A stretch of 64,000 nt of DNA, from NCBI GenBank assembly GCA_947053455.1, contig CAMRSV010000001.1, positions 177,010 to 241,009 on the forward strand, read 5' to 3'. The notes beneath the pieces were generated by a model that saw only the letters and a list, made by a program, of their open reading frames with translations, had not been told where the DNA came from and made no database searches. This stretch comes from an uncultured Alphaproteobacteria bacterium. Its GTDB lineage: Bacteria > Pseudomonadota > Alphaproteobacteria > Rs-D84. Positions 62,583-64,000 of this stretch are shown here, piece after piece. Positions within the stretch are counted from its first letter, which is position 1; each line of letters begins with the position of its first letter. The position numbers and the translations under genes are program-made.

Positions 62583-62596
62583 ATGGGATTTTTAAA

Positions 62597-63550
62597 ATGC
62601 GGCGTGAATTTATTGTGACGGATGGTGATGCGGGTATACGCTTGGATAAGTTTCTATCGGCGCAAATGCCGGAATTTTCACGCAGTGAAATCCAAAAGTT
62701 TAAAGTTTCACAAGGCGATGTGCCGGTCAAAATGTCGACGCGTATTCGTGCAGGTGACGTGTTCTGTGTTGATGTGGTAACGGTTGCGTCCGATGTGGCG
62801 TCGGATAATGTTTCATCGGATTTCGATTTGGATATTTTGTTCGAAGACGATGACATAATTGTCGTAAACAAACCGCGTGGTGTTGTAATGTACCCATCGG
62901 CCGGGAACAAAACCGGGACACTGGTTCAAAATATTTTGGCGCATACAAATTTGTCTGCGCTTGGCGGGGCGACGCGCCCGGGTGTGGTTCACAGATTGGA
63001 TAAAGATACCAGTGGCGTCATGGTTTTTGCAAAATCCGACGCGGCATACCGCAATCTGGTAAAAATATTTTCCACGCACGATTTAACGCGTAAATATATA
63101 GCATTTGCATGGCATGTCCCAAATTGGACAGAGGCCGACATAACCGGAAACATCGCCCGTTCGTCACGTAATCGCCAGAAAATGAGTATGGTAAAATCCG
63201 GGGGCAAGCCCGCCCAGACATCTGTCGCCGTAATGAATGCGTGGCCGCGTGCGGGTGTTACTGAATTTAGATGCACACTTTTTACCGGGCGTACACACCA
63301 GATTCGCGTTCACTTGTCGGCGCATGGGTTCCCGGTGCTGTGTGACCCACTCTATGGGCGCGGCGCGGGGAATTTGGGCAGTGTTCGCGACCCGGATTTA
63401 CTGGAATTTCTAAAAACACACAATGGCCAAATGCTGCATGCCGAGGTGTTAGAGTTTACTCATCCCACGACCGGCGTGCAAATGCGCTTCAAATCGCATT
63501 TACCAGATGATATGGCAGAACTAAAATGCATACTGGACGATATTGGTTAA
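62597..63550 (+). CDS. rluD: 23S rRNA pseudouridine synthase, RluD family
   Basis: An S4-like N-terminus is followed by the catalytic motif HRLDKDTSGVMVFAKS and the RluA-family C-terminal blocks. Confidence 0.88.
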   Translation: MRREFIVTDGDAGIRLDKFLSAQMPEFSRSEIQKFKVSQGDVPVKMSTRIRAGDVFCVDVVTVASDVASDNVSSDFDLDILFEDDDIIVVNKPRGVVMYPSAGNKTGTLVQNILAHTNLSALGGATRPGVVHRLDKDTSGVMVFAKSDAAYRNLVKIFSTHDLTRKYIAFAWHVPNWTEADITGNIARSSRNRQKMSMVKSGGKPAQTSVAVMNAWPRAGVTEFRCTLFTGRTHQIRVHLSAHGFPVLCDPLYGRGAGNLGSVRDPDLLEFLKTHNGQMLHAEVLEFTHPTTGVQMRFKSHLPDDMAELKCILDDIG

Positions 63551-63631
63551 TTTGAATCAAATTCTGTTATTATTTATTTGTCTGAATTTAATTTTATGAT
63601 ATAATAAAGTAATAATAATGGAGTGAGTCTA

Positions 63632-64000
63632 ATGCATTTGTTTACAAAATCGGTTGGTTTTTTGGCTGTTTTGGGGCTGTTTCCTGCGGCGTTTGCGGTA
63701 ACGGCACGCCCCAGCATGGTAACGACCGCCGGCGCACGTTTGCCGACAATGGCGTCACGTTTGCCGACGACTACAACCACTACCACCACATCCAGTTTAT
63801 TAAGTGATATTGAGTGCATTGACTCATACACCCAATGCATCAAGGGCGTGGACGCCTGCGATAGTGATTTTAGCGAATGCACAAACAAGGTATTGTTCCA
63901 CGCCAAGATGCCGCAGTGTATCAGCACACTGGCACAGTGCAGCGCAGCGGGTATTTCTTCGCTGTTTGGAACAAATTCTGTCCCGTCATTGTCGGCGGTT
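63632..64000 (+). CDS. Secreted Thr-run and Cys-rich protein, N-terminal part; the ORF continues past the window end
   Basis: The start has a GGAG ribosome-binding site. It has a signal peptide (MHLFTKSVGFLAVLGLFPAAFA), then a run of 8 Thr, then a Cys-rich region (CIDSYTQCIKGVDACDSDFSECTNK). No stop codon occurs before position 64000. Confidence 0.4.
   Translation, partial: MHLFTKSVGFLAVLGLFPAAFAVTARPSMVTTAGARLPTMASRLPTTTTTTTTSSLLSDIECIDSYTQCIKGVDACDSDFSECTNKVLFHAKMPQCISTLAQCSAAGISSLFGTNSVPSLSAV

Noticed and set aside
63574-63927. A 117-aa minus-strand ORF with a poly-Val run
   Set aside because: It is antisense to the plus-strand secreted protein, and the poly-Val run is the complement of the Thr-codon run. 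The plus-strand frame has a ribosome-binding site and a signal peptide, so it is preferred.

Overview
This 64 kb window looks like a chromosomal segment of a small-genome alphaproteobacterium, probably a Rickettsiales- or Holosporales-like intracellular lineage. The evidence is a type-2 IleS, short MnmG and DnaX, split ancestral operons, an RpoH sigma factor and the Skp-LpxD-FabZ block. Most of the window is dense housekeeping. This covers replication and repair (mutS 3' part, recF, dnaX, gyrB, ung, nth, a second HhH-GPD glycosylase) and translation (rpsO, truB, ileS, metG, pnp, rsmE, two pseudouridine synthases, mnmG, der, queH). It also covers fatty-acid and lipid A synthesis (accBC, fabD, fabG, fabZ, lpxD, skp), envelope proteins (a porin, OmpA-like lipoproteins, YfgM-like and BamB-like proteins, a TolC-MacA-MacB efflux operon) and mreB. 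There are seven tRNA genes (Met-CAT, Thr-CGT, Val-GAC, Thr-GGT, Cys-GCA, Val-TAC) and one degenerate tRNA-Val copy. No rRNA genes or CRISPR arrays were seen. Accessory and unusual content is listed below in roughly descending interest.
1. A cluster of three tandem paralogous large proteins (401-453 aa) with prepilin-type (class III) N-terminal signals, a divergent 154-aa pilin-like gene and a zinc-ribbon membrane protein, with no assembly machinery in the window.
2. An orphan TraG/VirD4-family type IV coupling protein next to an AT-rich ORF, a repeat module and tRNA-Met.
3. A previously unnoticed family of structured intergenic repeats (~350 bp, two full inverted copies plus one partial) built from nested inverted repeats ATGGTCGG(GGTG/CA) flanking variable cores.
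4. A compact three-gene operon of unknown function (two tandem Rha/ORF6N-like paralogs and a 189-aa protein) wedged between gyrB and the efflux operon.
5. A very cysteine-rich secreted protein preceded by a structured 240-bp leader.
6. An LPS-remodelling pair (GT8 glycosyltransferase and a PagL-like lipid A deacylase) beside tRNA-Met.
7. A HAD-fusion protein and a hexapeptide acyltransferase pair.
8. An XRE regulator with a perfect palindromic operator and a possible small RNA.
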